From Kiritimatiella glycovorans (GTDB taxonomy: Bacteria > Verrucomicrobiota > Kiritimatiellia > Kiritimatiellales > Kiritimatiellaceae): DNA of 32,000 bases. Position numbers and translations under genes: made by a program. Shown in pieces: positions 8,813 to 17,315 of this stretch (positions within the stretch are counted from its first letter, which is position 1; every line of letters begins with the position of its first letter). The DNA lies in the NCBI RefSeq assembly GCF_001017655.1, contig NZ_CP010904.1, forward strand, positions 2,370,001 through 2,402,000, read 5' to 3'. The notes below the pieces were generated by a model. The model was not told the DNA's origin. It was given only the letters and a program-made list of their open reading frames with translations, and made no database searches.

Positions 8813-8956
8813 CAGCCGTTCTCATTATGGCCGCATTCCGACCGCGGACGGCGTGGCAGCCGTCCCTCCCGAGTCGATATCCGACGCCTTTTCGGGCATT
8901 GGGAGGGTCGGGTGCCACCCCGACCGAAAAGGGTGAAGCCATAATGAGAATCGCTG
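8813..8956. mobile_element. 144-bp MITE-like non-autonomous element with 19-bp imperfect terminal inverted repeats
   Basis: Left end CAGCCGTTCTCATTATGGC matches the reverse complement of the right end CAGCGATTCTCATTATGGC at 17/19. It is flanked by a perfect 9-bp direct repeat ATAATAACC (8804-8812 and 8957-8965). The interior is GC-rich and dyad-symmetric with no ORF. Confidence 0.65.
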
Positions 8957-8959
8957 ATA

Positions 8960-9000
8960 ATAACCACGTATGTATTTAGCATAACCACTCAAATATGTAT
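8960..9000 (+). promoter_or_regulatory. direct-repeat candidate operator upstream of the AraC-family gene
   Basis: ATAACCAC-G-TATGTAT (8960-8975) and ATAACCAC-TCAAA-TATGTAT (8981-9000). The ATAACCAC heads are 21 bp apart, in an AT-rich stretch just 5' of the ATG at 9006. Confidence 0.35.
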
Positions 9001-9005
9001 CATAA

Positions 9006-9950
9006 ATGATCATGATGAACGGTACTACCCCGGAGATACCCGGAGGACGTCCGCACCGTCCGCCCGCTGCGGCCGAGCAGGAGCGGCTGAGTCGGTTCAG
9101 GCCTTATGTGCGTCAGGCGCACGAGGGCTTCCGTCCTGCGTGGCGGATTGGCACGCGGCGTCTTTTCGACTTTCTGCTGATCCATGTGCTCGAAGGCGAG
9201 ATCCGTTTCAAGCTCGGGGACCGTCGGTTCACTGCGCGCGCCGGCGACCTGGTGTGGGTGCCTCCGGACACGCCGCACGCCATGCGGGGTCCGCCTCCGG
9301 GCACGCGGCTCCAGTACACGCATTTCGACCTCGAATATGATCCTGCCCGGAGTCATTGGAGCGCCAACCTGCCGGGGGGCGTCGCGGATCTCTCGCCCTG
9401 GCGCGAGCGGGTTCATCCTCCCGTGGAGGATCCCGTGATCGGCCACTGGTGCGGACGGCTTCGCTGCAGAAACACCGCCATCGTGGAGGACATTCTGAGG
9501 CGGGTCGTGCTGGAGTACAATCAGGTCCAGGTCTGCGGTCTGCGGGTTTCCGGGCTGATGACCCAGCTCATCGGTCACCTGCTGCACGAACGCCGGGCGG
9601 ACTCCCCTCTTCTGGACGCGCGGCACGCTCGTGCTGTGGAAGAGGCCATGGATCACATCCAGCGCGGTTTCCGCGAACCGTTGCGGGTCGAGGCCCTCGC
9701 GAGGCGTGCACGGCTGAGTCCATCCCATTTCCGGAGGCTGTTCCGCGCCCACTGCGGCCGCAGCCCGCGCACCTTTCAGCTGGAAGTCAGGATGCGCGCG
9801 GCCTGCGACTACCTGATCTATTCAAGCTTGAACGTATCCGAAATCGCCCACACGCTGGGATTCGCGAACGTCCACAACTTCTCGCGGGCCTTCAGCAGGG
9901 CCATGGGCAGAAGCCCGACCGCCTTCCGGAGAGAGGGGAATTCAGGATGA
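9006..9950 (+). CDS. AraC-family transcriptional regulator (cupin-like N-domain plus HTH_18)
   Basis: The C-terminal double HTH is typical of AraC/XylS (LARRARLSPSHFRRLFRAHCGRSPRTF...IAHTLGFANVHNFSRAFSRAMGRSPTAFR). The N-terminal cupin pattern is GDLVWVPPDTPHA. Confidence 0.9.
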   Translation: MIMMNGTTPEIPGGRPHRPPAAAEQERLSRFRPYVRQAHEGFRPAWRIGTRRLFDFLLIHVLEGEIRFKLGDRRFTARAGDLVWVPPDTPHAMRGPPPGTRLQYTHFDLEYDPARSHWSANLPGGVADLSPWRERVHPPVEDPVIGHWCGRLRCRNTAIVEDILRRVVLEYNQVQVCGLRVSGLMTQLIGHLLHERRADSPLLDARHARAVEEAMDHIQRGFREPLRVEALARRARLSPSHFRRLFRAHCGRSPRTFQLEVRMRAACDYLIYSSLNVSEIAHTLGFANVHNFSRAFSRAMGRSPTAFRREGNSG

Positions 9951-10714
9951 GTCGCCCACATCTGAAAGGATCCGCCATGAACAACCCGCCCAAAGCCTAC
10001 GAGAACATCCCGTTTATGAAGAGCGACCCCTGTCGGCCGATCCGGCTGCAGCTCGAATTCCTGCACCCGGAAGTGACCATGCAGGAACAGAACATCGAGT
10101 CGACGATCGTGCTCTTCGGCAGCGCGCGCATCCCCTCTCCCGAGGAGTACGATGAAAAGAAACATGAAAAGATCGCCGAATTCGCGCCGTTCTACGACGA
10201 AGCCCGCAAGCTGGCCCGCATCGCCAGCAGTACGTGCCAGATCGAAGACCGCCGCGAGTACGTGATCATCACCGGCGGCGGGGGCGGAATCATGGAGGCC
10301 GGCAACCGCGGCGCGAGCGAAGCGGGCGGCAAGTCGATCGCACTCAATATCACCATCCCCCGCGAACAGGAACCCAACCGCTATGTGAGCGAAGACCTCG
10401 TCTTCTGCTTCCACTACTTCAGCATCCGCAAAATGCACTTCCTGGCCCGCGCCCGCGCCGTGACCATCTTCCCCGGTGGATTCGGGACGTTCGATGAACT
10501 CTTCGAGGTGCTGACCCTCGTCCAGACCGGAAAAATACCCCCGCTGCCCGTCATCCTTTTCGGCACCGACTTCTGGCGACGGGTGGTCGACTGGGACTAC
10601 CTCGCGGACTGCGGGCTCATCGATCCTCAGGACCTCGACCTGGTCACGTTCTGCGATACCGCCGGGGACGCATGGAACGCGATCAGTGAATTCCGCGCCG
10701 CAAAAACGCGATGA
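9947..10714 (+). CDS. LOG-family (TIGR00730-type) Rossmann-fold nucleotide N-ribohydrolase-like protein
   Basis: ORF 9356..10714 trimmed to an ATG at 9947 or 9977. Motifs are ITGGGGGIMEAGNRGA and FPGGFGTFDELFE (PGGxGTxxE). ATG 9947 overlaps the AraC stop (ATGA). Confidence 0.85.
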   Translation: MSRPHLKGSAMNNPPKAYENIPFMKSDPCRPIRLQLEFLHPEVTMQEQNIESTIVLFGSARIPSPEEYDEKKHEKIAEFAPFYDEARKLARIASSTCQIEDRREYVIITGGGGGIMEAGNRGASEAGGKSIALNITIPREQEPNRYVSEDLVFCFHYFSIRKMHFLARARAVTIFPGGFGTFDELFEVLTLVQTGKIPPLPVILFGTDFWRRVVDWDYLADCGLIDPQDLDLVTFCDTAGDAWNAISEFRAAKTR

Positions 10715-10958
10715 TTCGACTTCAATCGGCTTCCGGCTGACGGGCCGTCGGTTTAACCAATGCCCACAGGCTCGAACGATACTTCGCAACCCTGCATTTT
10801 CCAACCATCGACAAAACTCATACCATCACAGATGGCGCGGATCAGAACAGCGTGCCTTGCGCAAAAAAAGCAAACGCGAAAGAAGATTGTGTTTCGTCCT
10901 GTTTCCCTTACCATGTCGGGATTGTTTCCGACCATGTCCACCACACGCTGGGGGCCTG

Positions 10959-13900
10959 ATGAAAAACCGATGGATACGGATCTTATGGCTGGCCGTCTGC
11001 GCCGCGACCGTCGCGCCGGCGCAGGAGGACTACACGGATATCGGCACCTTCGAACCGTTCTGGCGCTACAGCGCGGCACTCGGCGGCTACAACGGCAATG
11101 ACTTCCATTCCGGCGGTCAGGGGCTGGAGGTCGTGCCCGATCATCTCATAAGGAACAACGACTTCCCCTACCCTAAGCGTCCCTACCCCGAAGAGAACAT
11201 GTTCGCTGATCACCTGAGCCTCGTGCGCATTCTGGGCGGGTTCACCGGCGGCGACAGCGACCCGGTCGTTCGGGCCCTTGACCTGGTCTACACCAATGCG
11301 GCCGGCGACTACCTGTTCCGCTCCGACCTGCTGGAGGACCGGCTGAGTCCCTATCTCGACAACGGCTACACGAACTTTACGGTCGTCTTCGACAACATCC
11401 CGTGGGATTTCACTGACGAACCCCGTACGGGGCCCTACGGTCAGGTCGGCGTCCCGCGCGACTTCGGGGACTGGACGGATTTCGTGACCACGTTCTGCTC
11501 CAATTTCGTCGACCTCATCGGAGCGGAAAACACCGCCGGCCTGCGCTTCCGCACGGGGACCGAATTCCACGCGCTCGATCGATTCCACGGGACGGAAGCG
11601 GAATTCATGGATTTCTACAACAGCTGCTGGCGCGGCGTCTCCAACGTCCTCCCTGAGGCGAGCTTCGGACCGTACAACTTCTATTCACCGAGCGTCTCCC
11701 AGATGGATACCCACGGCGGCGACCACAACGTCAACTCGCTGCTCATCCCTCAGGAAAAGGATCCCGCCGCGCCTTTCGACTGGGCCTCGTCCTCGACGTA
11801 CTACAGTCCGGGCCAGTCCACCGCAAGCCGCCTCAGCGGTCTCTTCGAGGTCTGGGATGAATTCGAGAGCCGCTATCCCGCCATGCCCCCGCCTTCGCGC
11901 GAGATTCACGAGTTCGGCATCCTGAACAACAGTCACCAGGAACCCGGAGCGCTCGGCGGCGCAATGACGGCCCAGATGATCATGCGGCTGCGCGCACGGG
12001 GACTCGATAAGCTCTGGCACTGGTGGATGCTCGACAAGTTCCGCGACCAGGACAATGTCCTGCAGGGGTTTCTGATCGGCGACGCCTGGCTCTATTCCAT
12101 CTTCGAGCACGCACGGGGAGGCGATTCATGGACGCTCTATCCCACCGGGTCCAGCTCGGTCGGGACCGATCACCTGGGTTTCTACGTCCGAAAGGGAAGC
12201 GAAGCCTTCCTCATTCTCTCGGCCTACAACACCAATCCTTCGCAGTACACGGCGGAAGACGTCACGTTCCGGATTCCGAACAACCACGCGTCGCTGGACA
12301 CCGACCGCATGCGCTTCGTCGCACTGAACCGCGACACCGCGCTTCACGATGAAATCCACCGCGACCTGCGCGACCAGGGCCTGCTGACCTCGTACTTCCA
12401 GACCCGCCCCCAGTACTGCGGCTCGGTGCGGGAGATGGCCCGGGACGACGGCGCGCGGGAGGGCGAAAGCTATGTCGGTGAAAACCGCGCTCGCTACGAA
12501 CGCTTCTGGCAGCACTCGCTGACACTCCGCCCGGTCTCCGAAAGGGGCAACATCAGCATCGTGGAGGACGGCGACGAGTACCGGGTCACGGCGCGACTCA
12601 ACGTGCCGGAAGTCCTCGTCCTGCACATGCCGCTTAAACATGCAGCCACGGTGGAGTGGAACGATCCCGCCGCGGGCGGAGAATGGAACGAAGCGGAAAA
12701 CTGGAACCCCGCCGCGACACCCGACGCGTCCTCCTCGGTGCTCTGGCGATACGACGACGGGGATCCCGCCCTCTCGGTCACTACCCCCGTGGAAACATTT
12801 CAGATCCGGGCCGAACGCTCCACCACGAACCTTTACGACAACCGCCACGGCGGGTTGCGAGTGCTCCGTTACGGAACCTATGCCGGCTCGCTTACGGTCG
12901 ACGACGGCGAGGGGCTCATCAATATGCACGTCGATGACTGGTACGGGGCACAGCTCTATGTGGCCAACGCCGACTCCAACGCGGCCGCCTCCGTAGTGGA
13001 GGCCGCGACCATCGATCTCGACTCCTTCACGCTCGGTGCCGTTCCGGGCGGAAACAGCTACTACACGCACGAGGATGGCTACCTGGGCATGCAGCTCGAT
13101 CTGACCCTCGGCGATGCCTCCGGCCCGACGACGAACGAGGCGGTCTTCCGCCAGACCGGCGGACAGGTCTTCGTCGGCCACCGGGACTATCCGCTGCTGA
13201 TCGGAAACGCCAACCAGCCGGGCCGGTTCATTCTGGACCACGGGATTCTTTCGAGCGGCCTGTCGTTCGGAAATACAAACGGGGTCTTTGAATTCAATGC
13301 CGGGCGCGTGGACAGCGGCGACCGGGATGTGATCTGGGGCGGGGTCGCCAGTGCGACCGGCACCGTACAATTCGCCGGAGAGGGTACGCGTGAAATCTCG
13401 GTCCGCGCCGGGCGGACCCTGACCGTGAATCCCGTGGTCCGCATGGAGGACAACCCCCGTGCCGCCGGGAGTTTTCTCAAAAACGGGGACGGCACGCTGC
13501 GTCTCGCGGAGGGTACGGTCCTCGACCTCTCCGGAACCGTCCGGGTCGAGGCGGGAACCCTCGCCCTCCAGACCCGGGCGCTGAACCCGATGCTGAGTCT
13601 GATCGTCGACGAAGAGGGAACCGTCGACCTGGACTACCCCGGCACGGCCTCGGTGCGGCGCGTCTCTTTCGACGGCGGCCAAAACTGGACTTCGACAGGC
13701 GGCTTCGACAGCACCCACCCCCGCTTCACGGGCTCCGGAACGCTGGAGATGGTCGATCCCTACTACCACTGGAAAAATCCCCGGGCGGGCGGGTACTGGG
13801 ACATCTCCACCAACTGGGTCGAAGGGGCCGTGCCTCCCCCGGAAGCCGGCGCCGTCTGGACCTACAGCAGCAACCGTCCCGTGCTGCGGATCACCAACGC

Positions 13901-15236
13901 GGTCCGGATCGCCGACCTGGTCGTCGAAAAGGAGACCCCCGAAACCGAAAACAACTCGCTCGGACTCTATGTCGAGAACTGGGACACCACCGACGGCTCG
14001 CTCACGGTCAAGGACGGCTTCGGGGCCATCGACATGGGCGGGGCCCACCTGAGGGTATACAACCACGACGCGGGCGGGGCCGCGGATATTCTGGAGTTTC
14101 ACAGCTTCACCGGCCGCGGGTTCGATGTCTCCACCTACGGGGGCACTTCGTACTACACCCATGAATCCGGAGAGATCCGGACGTCGGTGACCATCGGCCT
14201 GAGCATGGCGAACAACCCCGCCAATCGCGTCGAATTCCGCCAGACGGGCGGGACGGTGTACTGCGACAACACCGACTGGTCGCTCATGGCAGGGAACAAT
14301 AACGGTGCGGGATGCTATATCCTCGACGGCGGCACCTGTTCTTTCACTCTGTACTTACGCGGCGATACGTCCTGCCTGGAATTCAACGGGGGCACCTGGG
14401 CGAGCCGCGACCGCAATTACGTCTGGAAGGCCCCGGGCTATGCGGGAAACGTCTACTTCGCGGGAACCGGCTCGCATATCGTCGACGTGTCCGCCGGACA
14501 GAATCTGACCGTGCTTCCGGAAGTGATACTCACGGACAAGCCCGGCGAGCAGGGCACGTTCCGCAAGACCGGCGGCGGCGAAATGCTCGTGCAGAGCGGT
14601 CTCGATCTCAGTGGCGCAACCCGCATCGAAGAGGGTACGCTCACGATCTCCACCAACCGGATAAACCGCGACCTCACCGTATCGGTGGATTCCGGCGCAC
14701 GCTTCAATCTTGCGTTCAGCGGGACGGCCGCGGTGCACGCCGTCTCGTTCGACGGCGGCGAAACCTGGGCCGCTCCGGGGGTCTGGGGCGGTTCTGGATC
14801 CGGCGCACCGAATATCGCGCCGCAACTCGACGGGGCCGGACTGATCCGGACGCTGACCGACGACCTGCTGCCCCGCTCCTGGAAGCAGACGCATTTCAGC
14901 GAGGAGGAGATCGAAAACGGCCTCGCAGGGGAGTCCGTCGACTCCGACGACGACGGACGCGACAACTGGCATGAATATGTCGCCGGAACCGACCCCCGCG
15001 ATCAGGCCTCGAAGCTGGTCCTGCGCATCGTCCCGGGACACAGCCCGTCCGGATGCGAGCTGCACTTCAACAGCGTGTCCGACCGGAACTACGGCCTGCT
15101 CTACACCACCAACCGGCTGCCGGTCTCGTGGTCGCCGCTCGATACGAACATGCCCGGCACGGGGGAGGAAATATCGGTGACGCCGGACCATGAATTCAAC
15201 CGCGTCTTCTACCGCCTGAAAGTGACGGCGCCGTAG
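10959..15236 (+). CDS. large secreted protein: signal peptide, TIM-barrel-glycosidase-like N-region (tentative), two tandem ~370-aa beta-strand-repeat modules, Asp-rich Ca-binding-like motif and a C-terminal beta domain
   Basis: ORF 10686..15236 trimmed to ATG 10959 (MKNRWIRILWLAVCAATVAPAQE signal peptide). The two modules share SYYTHE, FRQTGG, EFNxG, FAGxG, LDLSGxxRxExGTL and VSFDGGxxW, resembling autotransporter-associated beta-strand repeats. The C-terminus has DSDDDGRDNWHEY...FYRLKV. Confidence 0.85.
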   Translation: MKNRWIRILWLAVCAATVAPAQEDYTDIGTFEPFWRYSAALGGYNGNDFHSGGQGLEVVPDHLIRNNDFPYPKRPYPEENMFADHLSLVRILGGFTGGDSDPVVRALDLVYTNAAGDYLFRSDLLEDRLSPYLDNGYTNFTVVFDNIPWDFTDEPRTGPYGQVGVPRDFGDWTDFVTTFCSNFVDLIGAENTAGLRFRTGTEFHALDRFHGTEAEFMDFYNSCWRGVSNVLPEASFGPYNFYSPSVSQMDTHGGDHNVNSLLIPQEKDPAAPFDWASSSTYYSPGQSTASRLSGLFEVWDEFESRYPAMPPPSREIHEFGILNNSHQEPGALGGAMTAQMIMRLRARGLDKLWHWWMLDKFRDQDNVLQGFLIGDAWLYSIFEHARGGDSWTLYPTGSSSVGTDHLGFYVRKGSEAFLILSAYNTNPSQYTAEDVTFRIPNNHASLDTDRMRFVALNRDTALHDEIHRDLRDQGLLTSYFQTRPQYCGSVREMARDDGAREGESYVGENRARYERFWQHSLTLRPVSERGNISIVEDGDEYRVTARLNVPEVLVLHMPLKHAATVEWNDPAAGGEWNEAENWNPAATPDASSSVLWRYDDGDPALSVTTPVETFQIRAERSTTNLYDNRHGGLRVLRYGTYAGSLTVDDGEGLINMHVDDWYGAQLYVANADSNAAASVVEAATIDLDSFTLGAVPGGNSYYTHEDGYLGMQLDLTLGDASGPTTNEAVFRQTGGQVFVGHRDYPLLIGNANQPGRFILDHGILSSGLSFGNTNGVFEFNAGRVDSGDRDVIWGGVASATGTVQFAGEGTREISVRAGRTLTVNPVVRMEDNPRAAGSFLKNGDGTLRLAEGTVLDLSGTVRVEAGTLALQTRALNPMLSLIVDEEGTVDLDYPGTASVRRVSFDGGQNWTSTGGFDSTHPRFTGSGTLEMVDPYYHWKNPRAGGYWDISTNWVEGAVPPPEAGAVWTYSSNRPVLRITNAVRIADLVVEKETPETENNSLGLYVENWDTTDGSLTVKDGFGAIDMGGAHLRVYNHDAGGAADILEFHSFTGRGFDVSTYGGTSYYTHESGEIRTSVTIGLSMANNPANRVEFRQTGGTVYCDNTDWSLMAGNNNGAGCYILDGGTCSFTLYLRGDTSCLEFNGGTWASRDRNYVWKAPGYAGNVYFAGTGSHIVDVSAGQNLTVLPEVILTDKPGEQGTFRKTGGGEMLVQSGLDLSGATRIEEGTLTISTNRINRDLTVSVDSGARFNLAFSGTAAVHAVSFDGGETWAAPGVWGGSGSGAPNIAPQLDGAGLIRTLTDDLLPRSWKQTHFSEEEIENGLAGESVDSDDDGRDNWHEYVAGTDPRDQASKLVLRIVPGHSPSGCELHFNSVSDRNYGLLYTTNRLPVSWSPLDTNMPGTGEEISVTPDHEFNRVFYRLKVTAP

Positions 15237-15372
15237 CGCGAGGGCCGGGGCGAGCGACGCACACGGCCTCATTGCCCCGCCGTGTGTGAATGTGCACAGG
15301 CACCCCCTTAAGGGCGTAGTCAAGCTGGGCGTAAAGATCCTTCCTCAACTGCGTGGGCGTCAAAGCACTCAC
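15196..15372 (-). pseudogene. Phd/YefM-family antitoxin N-terminal fragment (orphan; no toxin gene follows)
   Basis: GTG 15370-15372 follows GGGAGG. LTPTQLRKDLYAQLDYALKGVPVHIHTRRGNEAVCVA matches the Phd/YefM N-terminal pattern (xxLRxNLxxxLxxVxxGxxVxITRRGxxxAVxV). The remainder is unrelated and overlaps the 3' end of the convergent large gene. Confidence 0.35.
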
Positions 15373-15387
15373 CGTTACCTCCCGTTT

Positions 15388-15415
15388 ATAACGCACGTTA
15401 TAAAACGCACGTTAA
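15388..15415 (-). promoter_or_regulatory. tandem palindromic operator-like sites upstream of the Phd-like ORF
   Basis: AACGCACGTT occurs at 15390-15399 and 15404-15413, 14 bp apart. Each has AACG/CGTT inverted arms, and the first extends to ATAACG-CA-CGTTAT. Confidence 0.35.
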
Positions 15416-15446
15416 TAGCCGCAAGAGGCATGGTGCCCTGCTCCCG

Positions 15447-17249
15447 TCAGCGCGAGACGGCGCGTTTGCGTTCGTGTTCCTTCAGCAGCTTCTTACGCAT
15501 CCGGATCGCCTTCGGGGTAACCTCGAGCAATTCGTCCGCCGCGATGTACTCGAGTGATTCCTCGAGGCTGAGCCTGCGCGGCGGGGCGATTTTCATATTG
15601 CGATCCGATCCGGCGGCGCGGACGTTGGTCAGTTTTTTTGTTTTCTGGACGTTGACGATCAGGTCCGTCTCCAGGCAGTGCTCGCCGACGATCATCCCCT
15701 CGTAGCACTCCTCGCCGGCTTCGACAAAAAACTCGCCCCGGGACTGGAGCGCGTCGAGGGCGAACGACACGGCCGGACCGTTCTGCATGCTGATCAGCAC
15801 GCCGCTGTTGCGCAGCGGGACCTCGCCGGCGTACGGGGCGTAGTGCGAGAAGCGGTGCGCAATGATCGCCTCGCCGCTCGAGGCGGTGAGCAGGCGGCTG
15901 CGAAGCCCGATGCATCCCCGCGTCGGGATGTGGAAGGTCAGCAGAACCCGCGCCCCGGCCGGTTCCATCGCCACCATCTCGCCGCGCCGCGATCCCGCCT
16001 GCTCGATAATCTTTCCGGACAGCTCTGAAGGCACGTCCACGGTGAGCACCTCGAACGGCTCCTCCCGCACGCCGTCGCGTTCGTGCCAGATCACCTCCGG
16101 GCGCGAGACGCTCATCTCGTACCCCTCGCGCCGCATGTTTTCGATCAGAATCGACAGGTGCAGCGTCCCGCGGCCGGACACCTCAAACCGGTCGTCCGCG
16201 AGCGGCCGCACCCGCAGCGCCACATCCTTCTGCACCTCCGTCATTAGCCGCTCACGCAGGTGGCGGCTGGTCACGTAGGTGCCGTCGCGGCCGAAAAACG
16301 GGGAGTCGTTAATCCCGAAACACGCCGCCACCGTCGGTTCGTCGACCTCCACGAACGGCAGCGACTCCGGATGCTCCGCGTCGGCCACCGTGTCGCCGAT
16401 GTCGATATCCTCCATCCCCACCACCGCGCACAGTTCGCCGCAGGGGACCCGTTCGGTTTCGCGCCGCTCAAGTCCCTCGAAACTCAGGAGCTGCTTGAGC
16501 TGCGCCGGCTCGGTATCGCCGTTGCGGCGGATGAGCGTCAGCGGCATGCCGGTACGCAGCGTCCCGCGATAGACCCGGCCGATGCCGATACGACCGACGA
16601 ACGAGTTGTAGTCGATCGACGCCACCTGAAACTGAACCGGCCCCTCGTGCACCTCGGGGGCGGGGATCTTCCCAATCACCCCGTCCAGCAGCGGCCTCAG
16701 ACTCTCGCGTGCGTCCTCGAGCTCCTGCGCCGCCCAGCCGTCGCGCCCGCTGGCGTAATAGTGCGGGAAGTCGAGCTGCTCGTTACTGGCATCCAGCTCC
16801 ACGAAGAGATCGAAGACCCGCTCGAGCACCACGTCGGGACGCGCGTCGGGCTTGTCGATCTTATTGATCACGACAATCGGCTGGAGGTCCAGCTCCAGTG
16901 CCTTCTTCAGCACGAACCGCGTCTGCGGCATCGGACCGTCCGCGGCATCGACGAGCAGCAGTACGCCGTCGGCGAGTTTGAGGACGCGCTCGACCTGGCC
17001 GCCGAAGTCGCTGTGGCCGGGGGTGTCGATCAGGTTGATCTTCACGCCCTCGTAGCGAACGCTGATGTTCTTGGACAGGATCGTGATCCCGCGCTCGCGC
17101 TCGAGGTCGTTGCTGTCCAGGAAACACTCGCGTACCTGTTCGTTTTCGCGGAACAACCGCACCTGGCGCATGATCTGGTCGACCAGCGTCGTCTTGCCGT
17201 GGTCGACATGGGCGATGATCGCGATATTTCTTAATTCGTTCATAGGCAT
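15447..17249 (-). CDS. typA: translational GTPase TypA/BipA
   Basis: [33 protein letters not shown] and [10 protein letters not shown], at full BipA length. Start is at MPMNELRN (17249) or MNELRN (17243); the listed start 17357 is an upstream extension. Confidence 0.95.
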   Translation of the reverse strand: MPMNELRNIAIIAHVDHGKTTLVDQIMRQVRLFRENEQVRECFLDSNDLERERGITILSKNISVRYEGVKINLIDTPGHSDFGGQVERVLKLADGVLLLVDAADGPMPQTRFVLKKALELDLQPIVVINKIDKPDARPDVVLERVFDLFVELDASNEQLDFPHYYASGRDGWAAQELEDARESLRPLLDGVIGKIPAPEVHEGPVQFQVASIDYNSFVGRIGIGRVYRGTLRTGMPLTLIRRNGDTEPAQLKQLLSFEGLERRETERVPCGELCAVVGMEDIDIGDTVADAEHPESLPFVEVDEPTVAACFGINDSPFFGRDGTYVTSRHLRERLMTEVQKDVALRVRPLADDRFEVSGRGTLHLSILIENMRREGYEMSVSRPEVIWHERDGVREEPFEVLTVDVPSELSGKIIEQAGSRRGEMVAMEPAGARVLLTFHIPTRGCIGLRSRLLTASSGEAIIAHRFSHYAPYAGEVPLRNSGVLISMQNGPAVSFALDALQSRGEFFVEAGEECYEGMIVGEHCLETDLIVNVQKTKKLTNVRAAGSDRNMKIAPPRRLSLEESLEYIAADELLEVTPKAIRMRKKLLKEHERKRAVSR

Positions 17250-17315
17250 GGATTCCGTGCTCGGGTACATAAAATGAGCGGAGAAGATAGCCCAGCCGGG
17301 GGAAAAGGCGAGCGA

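Noticed and set aside
8819-8950. Cobalamin or other riboswitch in the structured region upstream of the URO-D-family gene. AAUGCCCGAAAAGGCGUCGG loosely resembles a B12 box, and GGUGCCAC is also present.
   Set aside because: The key conserved elements are absent (GGGAA...GGUGAAAAUCC core, and GACCUGCC of the B12 box). The structure is fully explained by the dyad symmetry of a TIR-bounded element with a target-site duplication.
9356-11000. N-terminal extensions offered by the ORF track (9356 for the LOG gene, 10686 for the large secreted protein, 24666 for the methyltransferase, 26857 for fetA, 8942 for the URO-D gene, 17357 for typA, 18507 for xth)
   Set aside because: The extensions overlap upstream genes or repeat elements and are Arg/Pro-rich. 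They precede internal ATGs that either restore canonical N-termini (signal peptide, GTPase G1, MKIATFNVN) or carry good SD sequences.
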